A stretch of 62,904 nucleotides of DNA, from IMG/VR virus record IMGVR_UViG_3300034168_001612, positions 1 to 62,904 of that record. One strand, written 5' to 3'. Shown here one piece after another: positions 8,922 to 18,249 of the stretch; position 1 is the first letter of the stretch; each line of letters begins with the position of its first letter. The notes beneath the pieces were generated by a model that was not told the DNA's origin, searched no databases, and was given only the letters and a program-made list of their open reading frames with translations. The stretch comes from a virus. Lineage: Duplodnaviria; Caudoviricetes. The position numbers were made by a program, and so were the translations under genes.

Positions 8922-9751
8922 TGGCTTTATTATCTGATCAAGACTACCCCAAAGATTACGGCACAAAAGGTTATCCTGTAGGAGCTGTAGACAGTAGTGA
9001 GCTATTAAAAAGAATAGAACCTATTTTAACACCCGAAAAATTAGTTAACCGATACCTAAAAGGAATCAACCTATCTCAATATTCTAACGATGATTTAAAA
9101 GATATACTTACAATTGCTGCCGATAAAGCTGAGCTTTTGATAGCCACAACTATTACTCCTGTAAAACGAAAAGAAAAACATCCTTTTGATCAAAATCTGT
9201 ATAGAAGCTTTATTCACATAATGGCGAATTTTGGCCCAATTCTTCAGATTAATAAATTTTGTATCAGAAGCTCGAACGATAAGAGTATTTTTGAAATACC
9301 AGCTGACTGGATTGACGCAGCTAGGTTTTATCAAAAACAAATAAATGTTATTCCCTTGACGGTTGTGGGAGCTACAGGCATTAGCCAAGGCCAGCCTACT
9401 GGGGCTGCTGGCTTAGCTTTTATCGCAGCAATGAATGGAGGAATTAGTTGGGTTCCTTCCTATTGGGAAATAGAGTACACGACAGGAGTGTGTACAAAAG
9501 AAGGACAAGTACCCTCTATCATAAATGAATTGATTGGATGTATTGCGGCCATCAATATTTTAGGTAACTTAGGAGCACAAAACAAAAATACTTCCATAAG
9601 TATAAGTCATGATGGTATTTCTCAATCTAGCTCTAATCCGGGTCCAAATCTGTACCAAACAAGAATTGCCGAGCTAAGCAATGAAAGAGAGATGATGGTA
9701 AAGAAAATTAAGGCTGTATTTTACAATAAACGCTTTGTTACAAATATTTAA
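8921..9751 (+). CDS. Head-tail adaptor/neck protein
   Basis: YTTG..VPSIINELIG..SISISHDGISQS pattern typical of myovirus adaptors. Confidence 0.65.
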   Translation: MALLSDQDYPKDYGTKGYPVGAVDSSELLKRIEPILTPEKLVNRYLKGINLSQYSNDDLKDILTIAADKAELLIATTITPVKRKEKHPFDQNLYRSFIHIMANFGPILQINKFCIRSSNDKSIFEIPADWIDAARFYQKQINVIPLTVVGATGISQGQPTGAAGLAFIAAMNGGISWVPSYWEIEYTTGVCTKEGQVPSIINELIGCIAAINILGNLGAQNKNTSISISHDGISQSSSNPGPNLYQTRIAELSNEREMMVKKIKAVFYNKRFVTNI

Positions 9752-9766
9752 TGATATTATAATTTT

Positions 9767-11203
9767 ATGTATAAACAAATTATACAAGAGATTAAAAAAA
9801 ACGAAAACCAACCGATTCAATCGGTACAGTCTGATGTTGTCAAAATTAATCCCGAAGATGGCAAAAAGGTAGCTCAAGCCTACCATAACATGGAACATAA
9901 TCCAGATCATCCCGAAGTAAAGCAAGCTTACGGTGCCTTGATTGATGAAACTAAACAGCAATTCAATGACTTAGTAGGTAAAGGATTGAAAATCTCCAGA
10001 ATTGAGTCTGGAATGGAAAATCCTTATAAAAATTCTAAAGAATTACATGCCGATGTTAAAAACAATGGCCACCTCTGGTATTTTCCTACAGAATCTGGTT
10101 TTGGGGGAGAGGAAAAAACTACGAATCACCCCATGTTACAGCCTGCCGGAATAACTCACGAAAATAAAGAACTTTTAGCTAACGATATATTCAGAATTGT
10201 TCATGATATAAACGGACACCATACGGGAGGTGAGTCAGGATTTGGCCCTACAGGGGAGCACAAGGCTTATTTAACTCACAAGCAAATGTATTCGCCACTT
10301 GCGGGGAAAGCATTAGCCTCGGAAACCTTAGGACAAAATTCATGGGTAAATTTCGGACCTCATGGAGATCATAATAAAAAAAACCCTTCTCAAACTATTT
10401 ATGCCGAACAAAAAGCAGGATTATTACCTGATGAAATAATCAATGGGAATTGGCATATATCAAAAAATATTGAAAAATCTGAAAAATCTTATTCTGAAGA
10501 AGAATTACTTCATTTTTTTAAGGAATACACCATGAAAAAATCTCTCGAATATACAGAAAAATATCCAGAAATACCCGAAAAAGAATTATATAAAAATTTT
10601 AATAAACTCCTGAGAAACGGCATAGCACTGATAGGTCTTGCACATGCCCACAGATATATGGACACCCCTCCGGAACAAATAAAGAATAAACTAATACCAG
10701 AAACGAGCATTTCTCAAGAAGCGGGGACTGGTAAGCAAAAAAAGATAAATAGTTTTTTAAAAACGACCTCTATGATAGAAAGCTCGGGCGGGAAAAATTT
10801 AGACCACCCTAAAGTTGCCCATGGACTACATGCAGGAGACAGAGCTGTTGGACAATGGGCACTAATGCCTAAGACAGTCAAGGAAATAGCAGGAAGGATG
10901 GCTGATGATTCTGAGATAGCTCCTTATGCTCAAATGAACAGTAAAAAAATATCACAAAAATTATCACAAAATCCTCATCATGAAAAACAGATGGCATCAT
11001 TTCTAGCCAATAAGCTTTACGATAAATTTGGAGGAGATGAAAATAAGATGGCATATGCTTGGAATCAAGGGCACAATATAGAGCCTAAGTCTTTTGATAG
11101 TGACCGAAAGGATTATTTAAATCACGATTATGTAAAAAAATATAATAAATATAAAAATCAAGATTCCTCATCCAGATCTATTGCTGGCTCTCAGAATGAG
11201 TGA
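9767..11203 (+). CDS. Two-domain protein: HDxxGH domain plus lysozyme-like transglycosylase
   Basis: NDIFRIVHDINGH..GFGPTGE..ETLGQNSW; then IESSGG..AVGQWALMP..AYAWNQG..YVKK. Confidence 0.7.
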   Translation: MYKQIIQEIKKNENQPIQSVQSDVVKINPEDGKKVAQAYHNMEHNPDHPEVKQAYGALIDETKQQFNDLVGKGLKISRIESGMENPYKNSKELHADVKNNGHLWYFPTESGFGGEEKTTNHPMLQPAGITHENKELLANDIFRIVHDINGHHTGGESGFGPTGEHKAYLTHKQMYSPLAGKALASETLGQNSWVNFGPHGDHNKKNPSQTIYAEQKAGLLPDEIINGNWHISKNIEKSEKSYSEEELLHFFKEYTMKKSLEYTEKYPEIPEKELYKNFNKLLRNGIALIGLAHAHRYMDTPPEQIKNKLIPETSISQEAGTGKQKKINSFLKTTSMIESSGGKNLDHPKVAHGLHAGDRAVGQWALMPKTVKEIAGRMADDSEIAPYAQMNSKKISQKLSQNPHHEKQMASFLANKLYDKFGGDENKMAYAWNQGHNIEPKSFDSDRKDYLNHDYVKKYNKYKNQDSSSRSIAGSQNE

Positions 11204-11478
11204 TATGTTGTATGAATATGAAAAAAACTACAAATGAAAAACTTGTTGGTAAAGTAAAAAAAAGAAGCTGGGACGATCTGGCGGGTGATATAATTTCATT
11301 AGAAAATTGCATCAGAAAGGAAAAAAATTCTAAATCATTGATTTTACTCAAAAATAAGTTAAAAATATGGGAAAAGGAGAAATCTGATCGTATTTTTAAC
11401 ACTTTTGATATGAAAACTTTTTTAAACAAAAATAATGAAGAATTTGAAATAGAATATTCTACAAAAACAACCACTTAA
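11200..11478 (+). CDS. Hypothetical protein
   Basis: ORF overlapping the upstream stop. Confidence 0.4.
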   Translation: MICCMNMKKTTNEKLVGKVKKRSWDDLAGDIISLENCIRKEKNSKSLILLKNKLKIWEKEKSDRIFNTFDMKTFLNKNNEEFEIEYSTKTTT

Positions 11479-11497
11479 CTGTTTGAAATATCTGAAA

Positions 11498-11506
11498 TAA
11501 TCTTTA
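11498..11506 (+). promoter_or_regulatory. Putative late promoter TAATCTTTA
   Basis: Recurrent motif in an intergenic region. Confidence 0.55.
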
Positions 11507-11537
11507 TATTATACATTATCTTGTATAAAGAGGACGC

Positions 11538-12074
11538 ATGGACATCAAAGAAGACGAAATCAAAGAAGTAAATAAATTAGGCAACCTTAATGGTGATGAA
11601 GTTAAGCTCATTACCCTGAAGGGAGGTCTTCATATTGGGATCGGCAAAAAAACTGAAAATAGCAACAAAAGCGCAATTTTAGCCATTGGATCTCATCCAG
11701 CTCTGGTCTCTTATCAAATTTCTAAGAAGTTTGAACAAAAATTTGAAGAAACTCTAAATAAAAGCGAAGGGAAGGCATCTCCCGAGGTTACTAATTATTC
11801 TAAAAATCTCTCCTCAATGAATAAGAATATTATGGGGTTAGATATCTATGCTATAAAAACTGGTGAAAATGTAGACTTCAAAATTACAAAACATAATTTT
11901 GAGATTTTTTCAATACAGGCAATTGATGATGGACAAACTCTTTCATTGAATAAAACATCTAAAAATGAAGAAAGACTATCCAAACTAGACAAGGCTGAGC
12001 TGAGTAAAAATTTGGAAAAAGCTATAAGACAATTTGCTAAAAACAGTAAATTAAAGATTAAGAAAAAATTCTAA
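11538..12074 (+). CDS. Hypothetical virion protein
   Basis: GAGGA RBS; LNKSE motif. Confidence 0.65.
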   Translation: MDIKEDEIKEVNKLGNLNGDEVKLITLKGGLHIGIGKKTENSNKSAILAIGSHPALVSYQISKKFEQKFEETLNKSEGKASPEVTNYSKNLSSMNKNIMGLDIYAIKTGENVDFKITKHNFEIFSIQAIDDGQTLSLNKTSKNEERLSKLDKAELSKNLEKAIRQFAKNSKLKIKKKF

Positions 12075-12075
12075 T

Positions 12076-12948
12076 ATGGATAAACTTAAGATCCCATCTC
12101 CTCCAAACCCTGATATTGGAATCAATCTAGATTCTCAGGATGAGTTTATCAAAAATAGAGGAGTGAATCTTGAGCATTACGCTGCCCTCCCCTCTCCGAT
12201 TGGATTAAAAGATAGAGGGGATTATAGAAGAACCGATCAATACGATTCTGTTACTTCAAACGGAATGCTTTATAAAAAAGTCGGATGTTTTACAGGGGTT
12301 ATTGTTTCAAATTCCAAAAGAAAAACCCCGGGTGAGGGTGGGATAATAGATCACTCTACTGCAAGACTTTTATTGCCTCGATTTTACAATGATAACAAAG
12401 AAATACACTTAGCCCCAGGTGACAGGGTTTTTATTAAAGATGTAGATGTTCTTGTATCAAATTATCAAAGAATGCAGTATGATCCGGGAAATTTTGATAG
12501 AGCGCAATTCCCTATTAAGTGTGTTGAATATTTAATAGATAGCAGAGGAATAGAATACAAAGAAGGGGTCCAGTTTAAAATCCAGGACGGGTATATCGAA
12601 TGGATTGATGGTAAGGATAATCCCGGAATAGACCAAGATACCGGCAAAGGAAGAGTCTATTCAGTAAGGTATAAATACAACGCCCATTGGTACATAACAG
12701 AAATACCAAATGAAGTAAGAGTGGCTCAGACATTCGGTCCAGATGGAGAAAGAGTTGCGGAAAGAATGCAATATTCGGCCATCATTCAAAGAGAATATGT
12801 TTACTATAATCAAAATAATGATATTAATAAGGACCATGGAAAAGAAAAATTGGTTAGAAATATAGAAGAGCCAAAAGACCTAATTGATACCATTTACGAA
12901 TATGAAATAAAAGTCGATATGAATGATATAGGAGAACAAGATGAGTAA
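12076..12948 (+). CDS. Head-closure/neck protein (probable)
   Basis: Beta-rich; YSVRYKY..WYI..IPNEVR; position in the neck cluster. Confidence 0.55.
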   Translation: MDKLKIPSPPNPDIGINLDSQDEFIKNRGVNLEHYAALPSPIGLKDRGDYRRTDQYDSVTSNGMLYKKVGCFTGVIVSNSKRKTPGEGGIIDHSTARLLLPRFYNDNKEIHLAPGDRVFIKDVDVLVSNYQRMQYDPGNFDRAQFPIKCVEYLIDSRGIEYKEGVQFKIQDGYIEWIDGKDNPGIDQDTGKGRVYSVRYKYNAHWYITEIPNEVRVAQTFGPDGERVAERMQYSAIIQREYVYYNQNNDINKDHGKEKLVRNIEEPKDLIDTIYEYEIKVDMNDIGEQDE

Positions 12949-13333
12949 GTTTTTTAGAAGAAAAATAGACGGAAGATATGCGGAAGATTCTCAAACTATT
13001 GATAATATTGAACACAATAGCGAAGCTGGTGCTCAAAAAAACATGGAAGTAGGTCCTGGATTAAAATTCATTGGAGATGCAACTTCCGAATTAAGAATAG
13101 CCCCGGGCGATCAGCTTTTTTTCTTTAAGACCACTAGCGGTCTTGGATGGGTTGAAATGTCGGAAAGTGGTAGTATAGGAGTTGTGGGATCTGCTCCAGC
13201 TGATAATACTTTCCCAATTGAAGGTCAAGTTTTCACTAGGTACTCGGCGGCAAATTATAAATATGTCAAAGCAAGTGCTGGTGTTTATCTCTATATTTTG
13301 AGGGATGACAATCAGCTAAGAATTAACCCTTAA
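12941..13333 (+). CDS. Hypothetical structural protein
   Basis: AGGAG RBS; coupled to the upstream gene. Confidence 0.6.
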   Translation: MSKFFRRKIDGRYAEDSQTIDNIEHNSEAGAQKNMEVGPGLKFIGDATSELRIAPGDQLFFFKTTSGLGWVEMSESGSIGVVGSAPADNTFPIEGQVFTRYSAANYKYVKASAGVYLYILRDDNQLRINP

Positions 13334-13346
13334 AAGGCAGTAATTA

Positions 13347-13634
13347 ATGAGTTCTTCTAAAAAATTAGAGAATTTTTTAAAAAAATCCCAAGGCGACCAG
13401 AGACAAGAGGCTGAGATAAAAAAAGCCGAGCTGATTAGTTGCCCAGACTGCGGTTTTAGTTTATATGAAGGTGGAAAAAGTTTGACGCTATGTATTTGTT
13501 ATGGAGAAGATTGGGATAAGAATATTAAAATTCAAAAGTCCGAAAAGGCCATAAAAATGCAGTTTCCTAAGAATATAGATCCAGAAAATATTGAAATGTT
13601 ATTGAATACATTAAAAAATTTGAATAAGGAATAG
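13347..13634 (+). CDS. Small zinc-ribbon protein
   Basis: CPDC..CIC; LKKSQ, IKKAE and IQKSE motifs. Confidence 0.6.
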   Translation: MSSSKKLENFLKKSQGDQRQEAEIKKAELISCPDCGFSLYEGGKSLTLCICYGEDWDKNIKIQKSEKAIKMQFPKNIDPENIEMLLNTLKNLNKE

Positions 13635-13636
13635 AT

Positions 13637-15520
13637 ATGAAAGAGCAAATGACCTACGTAGCAATCGATGCTGATGATGTAGGAGAAAGCATTGGAGGAG
13701 CTGTAATATCCGACGATGCAGATAAGCTATCATCAATTTCCGGCAAGATAAACGCTGGAGTACAAATTTTTTCAAAATGGGCTGAATATAACGGTGGATC
13801 TGTAATTAGTAGCGGAAGTGATGAGGCTATTTTTCAGGTTCCTTCAACCAGTATTAAAGAACTAGAAGATTTGAAAAACAAATACCAGAAGCATACAGGA
13901 TTTTCCGTATCAATTGGGATTGGTGAAAAAATATCTGATGCAGCTAAAGCTTTAATCTACGCCAAGGTGAACGGTAAAAATCAAATTGTTGATTATTCGC
14001 CTGAAATAGAAGAAGTGATGAAACAATCCATCACAGGAAACTTAGACAGAGAGCAATCTGATCAAAAATTAGAAGGCGGAGTAGGTGATGAGACTGAATC
14101 ATCAGAAGTTAAATCTGACCAGCTCAAGCAAGGTCGCACAGTAGAAAAAGAACACACCGACGATGAAGCGGAGGCTGAAGAGATCGCTTTAGATCATCTC
14201 ACAGAAGATCCTGAATACTATTCAAAACTTCAGGAAATGGAAAGTAGTAAGCCTAAAACCAGAAGGCCGAAATTTGAGGAAAAAGATGAAAGTGAAGATG
14301 AAAGTGAAGATGAAAGTGAAGAGGAAGATGAAGAGGAAGATGAAGATGAAGATACCGAAGATTTAGATCTTATACAAGATCAGGATTCGGAAGAAGAGAG
14401 TGAAAATTCATTTTTAAATCAAGAAGACTTAGATCTCGATGGCCGTCCTGACAAACAAGAAGAGCACGGGGAAATAAATCCTGAAGAAGACGATATAGAT
14501 AAAGATGGAGATACAGAGCACGAAGAGGCGATGGCTTCGGAGGCTGGTGAAAAAGATAAATATAGCGATGAAGGTGATTTTTCAGATGAATATCTGGATG
14601 AAGAAGCTGAACAAGATAAGACTGAACCAGAAGGCGAAGAAGAAATACCAGAAGGCGAAGAAGAAATGCCAGAAGGCGAAGAATTAGAAGAAGATGCGGA
14701 ATCCGAGGATGAGGGCGGTCTAACTGATTCTATAGCTTCGGAAATGTCTGACGAAGATATGTCTGAAGAAGAAATACCTGACGAAGAAATGTCTGACGAA
14801 GATATGGCGGATGAAGGGGATATGACTGATGAAGATTTAAAACAAGCCATTTTTGATAGCTTGCAAATATTCAAAGAAAATAAGGATATTCTATCCTCTC
14901 TTGCCTCTCAGAGTCCTGATCTATACAATGCTCTTGTTGTTTCTTTGCAATCTATGATAGAAATGGCAAAAGAGCTTGGATACGGAGGATACGGAGATAG
15001 CTCAAAGCAAGAGACTGATCCTAAAAAAATGAAAACCGAAGATGAAGAATCAAGCGATCAGGATGAAGACATGAATCCTGAAGACTATGAAGTCTCGGAC
15101 GATGAAGGAGATATCGAAAAAAGTGAGAATTTTCATAATTTAATAAACAAAATTAATAATACAAAAAATCTTCTAGAAATGAAAAAGAAAGAAGATAAAA
15201 AACAAATGTTTTTAAGGCTTAGAGAGAAGTTAAAGAAGATAAAAAACAAAGCCCCCGATTCTGGCAAAAAACCGTTCGAGGATAAAAAAAAGAAGCCACC
15301 AAAACCTAAGAAAGTTGAGGCAGCGTCATTTTGCTCGTCTTCTAATCAAAAAATGAAAACAGCAGGTCATGATTGTCGAGCTAATGAAGACAAAGACTCT
15401 CCCATGTGTGCTGCAAGAAAAAAAATGAATTGCAGAGGAAAAAATGCCGAAAAGGGTGCTGTTGTTCAGAAATCTGAAAAATTAAAAAACTTTCTGGAAA
15501 ATAAAAGAAAAAAGAATTAG
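13637..15520 (+). CDS. Modular acidic protein: N-terminal mCpol/GGDEF-like palm domain, DUF5661-like motif, acidic tract, Cys-containing basic tail
   Basis: YVAIDADDVG..NGGSVISSGSDE..SVSIGIG..AAKALIYAKVNGKNQI; QGRTVEKEHTDD..IALDHLTEDPEYYSKL. Confidence 0.75.
   Translation: MKEQMTYVAIDADDVGESIGGAVISDDADKLSSISGKINAGVQIFSKWAEYNGGSVISSGSDEAIFQVPSTSIKELEDLKNKYQKHTGFSVSIGIGEKISDAAKALIYAKVNGKNQIVDYSPEIEEVMKQSITGNLDREQSDQKLEGGVGDETESSEVKSDQLKQGRTVEKEHTDDEAEAEEIALDHLTEDPEYYSKLQEMESSKPKTRRPKFEEKDESEDESEDESEEEDEEEDEDEDTEDLDLIQDQDSEEESENSFLNQEDLDLDGRPDKQEEHGEINPEEDDIDKDGDTEHEEAMASEAGEKDKYSDEGDFSDEYLDEEAEQDKTEPEGEEEIPEGEEEMPEGEELEEDAESEDEGGLTDSIASEMSDEDMSEEEIPDEEMSDEDMADEGDMTDEDLKQAIFDSLQIFKENKDILSSLASQSPDLYNALVVSLQSMIEMAKELGYGGYGDSSKQETDPKKMKTEDEESSDQDEDMNPEDYEVSDDEGDIEKSENFHNLINKINNTKNLLEMKKKEDKKQMFLRLREKLKKIKNKAPDSGKKPFEDKKKKPPKPKKVEAASFCSSSNQKMKTAGHDCRANEDKDSPMCAARKKMNCRGKNAEKGAVVQKSEKLKNFLENKRKKN
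14284..14350 (+). repeat. Coding tandem repeat GATGAAAGTGAA x3 plus GAR/GAY runs
   Basis: Read directly; encodes a DESE acidic tract. Confidence 0.8.
14627..14682 (+). repeat. 21-bp coding repeat (PEGEEE[I/M]), about 3 copies
   Basis: CCAGAAGGCGAAGAAGAAATR units. Confidence 0.8.
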
Positions 15521-15771
15521 GGTCGCTAGATAAGACGAGTGGTGGACTACCGACCAAACAGACCACAAAGCATATTCCTAAACCCCATCACGAAGAAGGG
15601 ACTGTTAAGGGGTATAAGATAAAAGATACCGATCCGGCCACGGGCAAGGCTAAATGGATCGACGCATCCAGAGGACTAGCCTTGGATGACAATGGTGATC
15701 CCGTGTCTCCTCCTGGTCGCAGTCCTGTTAGAGGTACTAAAAATAAGCTTCCTCCTCCAGGACTTGTATGA
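15508..15771 (+). other. Putative programmed -1 frameshift site and 86-codon extension of the 13637 gene
   Basis: A_AAA_AAG at 15508-15514 in the correct frame; -1 frame open 15505-15771 with no ATG; its TGA overlaps the next ATG. Confidence 0.65.
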
Positions 15772-16532
15772 TTTTGGTGGATGTACAAATAGAAGGGAAT
15801 TTAGAACAAGATGGCAATAGAATAAAAAATAATATTCGAGAAGATCTTCATCTTGCCGTTAAAGCTATGGGTTCTAGTACTTTAAAAAAAGCAGAAGAAC
15901 TTGCTCAACAGCATCTTTCTCCAAAACTTGCCAGTATGTACAGAACCGCATTAAAGATAGAACAGCTATCAGAAGATGTAGTGATAATAGAATTGGATCA
16001 AAAAGCACTCTGGATAGAAAAAGGCCGCAAAGCAGGCTTTATGGAAGATCTCCTCAAATCTGGCACAAAAAAAGCAAAAGATGGGTCTAAATATAGGGTG
16101 ATACCTATTGGAGAATCAAAAACATCGCCTCAATCTCCTTCTGTAGGTGAAAATCTTGTGCCTGAGATAAAATCTTTTTTACAAAAAAAAGGTATCAGAA
16201 CAGGTGCGGGTGATTTAGAATTAGACAGCAGAGGAAGTCCCCGGCTTGGTAAAATAAATACTTTTAATATCAAAGATTTGAAAGATAAAAAACAAATTTC
16301 TGATAATATATCTAGAATAAGTGTTTTTCAGAATAAAAACCCTAAAACTGGAAAAGTAGAAAAAAGCATAACAGCGTTCAGGGTTATATCAGAAAAGCAT
16401 AAAGGAACGGGCAAATGGGTTCACCCAGGCACTCCTCCTGCAGAAATACTGGAAAAAGCTTTTAAATGGTCAGAACAACTATGGCAAACAGAGTTGTTTT
16501 TGGCGATTAAAGCAAAGTACGAAGGTAAATAA
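15768..16532 (+). CDS. Tail completion/neck protein (probable)
   Basis: WIEKG..KDGSKYRVIPI..FRVISEK..WVHPG motif seen in myovirus neck-region proteins. Confidence 0.6.
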   Translation: MILVDVQIEGNLEQDGNRIKNNIREDLHLAVKAMGSSTLKKAEELAQQHLSPKLASMYRTALKIEQLSEDVVIIELDQKALWIEKGRKAGFMEDLLKSGTKKAKDGSKYRVIPIGESKTSPQSPSVGENLVPEIKSFLQKKGIRTGAGDLELDSRGSPRLGKINTFNIKDLKDKKQISDNISRISVFQNKNPKTGKVEKSITAFRVISEKHKGTGKWVHPGTPPAEILEKAFKWSEQLWQTELFLAIKAKYEGK

Positions 16533-17515
16533 TGTCAATATGGCAAGGCGATGTCTTTTTTAGACGAATTATAGAATTGATCCTAAGAGATGTCAGACAA
16601 AATCCGTGGCTGATTGATGATATTCTTTCGGATTTTATCACAGATCCCATGCTTTCTGGCATATACGGTCAAAAAGAGATAGAAAACGCAAAAAAATGGA
16701 TCACTGATAACGAGATATCCGTATTTCTTCCTCATAGAATGGACTTGGAAAAAATGCCTTGTATTACCATCGCTATAGGAACCAACATGGAAGATAGGAG
16801 TCTGGCCAGAATGGCTGATATGACTCATATTGTTGAAACCTTAAACCCGACTCAAGTAGGTAAGGTAGTCCCTTATATTATCTCTCCTTTTAATTACATA
16901 TCTTACAACCAAGCAACAGGTTTTTTTGAAGTTCCAGATAGTATTAACTTACTAATAATACAACCAGGAATGGCGGTGATAAACCCCCAAACAGGCGCAG
17001 GATTTATTATTGTAAGCAAAAGCAACAATGGTTTTTCTATTGCGGCAGGAACCACTATAACCTTCCCTTCAATTGGCATAATCCCAGAGTATAGGATATA
17101 TAAAGCCAGAAGAGAAATTGCAACTTTCCAAGAAAACATCTCCATAGGATGTCATGTCCACGGTGATCCAAACGCCCTTCTGTGGCTTTATTCCATAATG
17201 ATGTATGGATTGTTAAGATATCGAGAAGGATTGATAGAATCTAGAAATTTCCAAATATCCAGCTTACAGACAACCGATATGATCAGGAATGATGCGTTTC
17301 AGAGCTTCGGAGAAAATGTCTATAGTCGATTCATAACTATAACCGGTCAGGTAGAGAATACTTGGATCAAGGCTCCTAAACGTGTAATAGAGGCTATCAA
17401 TATTGTTGAAGGAATCGATGCTGGACTGGTAATAATAAACAAAGACAATGGCGAAGTACCTGGAATTATTGATCGAGAACAGGATTCTTGGGTAGCTAAA
17501 ACTGATCCGGAATAA
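16532..17515 (+). CDS. Tail terminator/completion protein (probable)
   Basis: MPCITI motif; size and position upstream of the sheath. Confidence 0.55.
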   Translation: MSIWQGDVFFRRIIELILRDVRQNPWLIDDILSDFITDPMLSGIYGQKEIENAKKWITDNEISVFLPHRMDLEKMPCITIAIGTNMEDRSLARMADMTHIVETLNPTQVGKVVPYIISPFNYISYNQATGFFEVPDSINLLIIQPGMAVINPQTGAGFIIVSKSNNGFSIAAGTTITFPSIGIIPEYRIYKARREIATFQENISIGCHVHGDPNALLWLYSIMMYGLLRYREGLIESRNFQISSLQTTDMIRNDAFQSFGENVYSRFITITGQVENTWIKAPKRVIEAINIVEGIDAGLVIINKDNGEVPGIIDREQDSWVAKTDPE

Positions 17516-17522
17516 ATCTTTA
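17514..17522 (+). promoter_or_regulatory. Putative late promoter AAATCTTTA
   Basis: Recurrent motif. Confidence 0.45.
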
Positions 17523-17535
17523 TCTAGAGGTAAGT

Positions 17536-18168
17536 ATGGATAATTATTTAAAAGAAAAAAGCGATTTATTGTTAAAGTCACTTTATAAAAAAATGAAGAA
17601 ACTTGAACATAAAAAAAATGCCATTGAGGATGTTCTTGATTCAAATGCAACTGCTGAAATGAATCCTGACGACATCCCTACGTCCAGCTCTGGCACTTTA
17701 AATAAAGCCAAAATGCAGAAAAAACAAAAAGTGTCTGAGGATGTTAAAAAAAACGAAGAAATAATTGATAAACTTTTAAAAAATTTAGATGTGATTTCAA
17801 AAGCTTGCAAGTCAAAAATGGAAAAAAGATGCTGGGAAGGGTACGAAGCCACTCCTGGAAAAAAAGCTTATTCAGAAGGTTCTTGTCAATCTATAAAGAA
17901 AGAAGAAAAAGAAAAACCGTTCGTAGGGTATAATAAAGAAAAGCACTCCAAAGAGGGTGGTTTAAACGAAAAAGCTAGAGAAGAATACAATAGAGAGCAT
18001 GGATCGAATCTACAAGCTCCAGTTTCTTCAAAAGAAGCCAAAAAATCGCCCAAGAAAGCAGCTAGAAGAGAATCTTTTTGTGCTAGAATGTCGGGCGTAA
18101 AAGGTCCTACTAGTAAAGAAGGCAAAAAGACACCAAAAGGTGCCGCTCTTAAGAGATGGGATTGTTAA
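17536..18168 (+). CDS. Basic modular protein (CWxGY motif plus DUF6321-like C-terminus)
   Basis: RCWEGYEATPGKKAYSEGSC; GGLNEKAR..RRESFCARMSG..ALKRWDC. Confidence 0.7.
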   Translation: MDNYLKEKSDLLLKSLYKKMKKLEHKKNAIEDVLDSNATAEMNPDDIPTSSSGTLNKAKMQKKQKVSEDVKKNEEIIDKLLKNLDVISKACKSKMEKRCWEGYEATPGKKAYSEGSCQSIKKEEKEKPFVGYNKEKHSKEGGLNEKAREEYNREHGSNLQAPVSSKEAKKSPKKAARRESFCARMSGVKGPTSKEGKKTPKGAALKRWDC

Positions 18169-18218
18169 TAAGTGTTTGAATTTACTGGTATAAACTGGTC
18201 TTAAAAATAATATAGAAT

Positions 18219-18227
18219 TAATCTTTA
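18219..18227 (+). promoter_or_regulatory. Putative late promoter TAATCTTTA
   Basis: ATAGAATTAATCTTTAA is identical to the copy at 49872-49888. Confidence 0.55.
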
Positions 18228-18249
18228 ATATATAAATCAGGGGATTGTT

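Noticed and set aside
13637-14000. Cas10 or a complete type III CRISPR/CBASS/Panoptes defence operon
   Set aside because: Only a small palm domain is present; no HD domain, cas genes, array or adjacent effector
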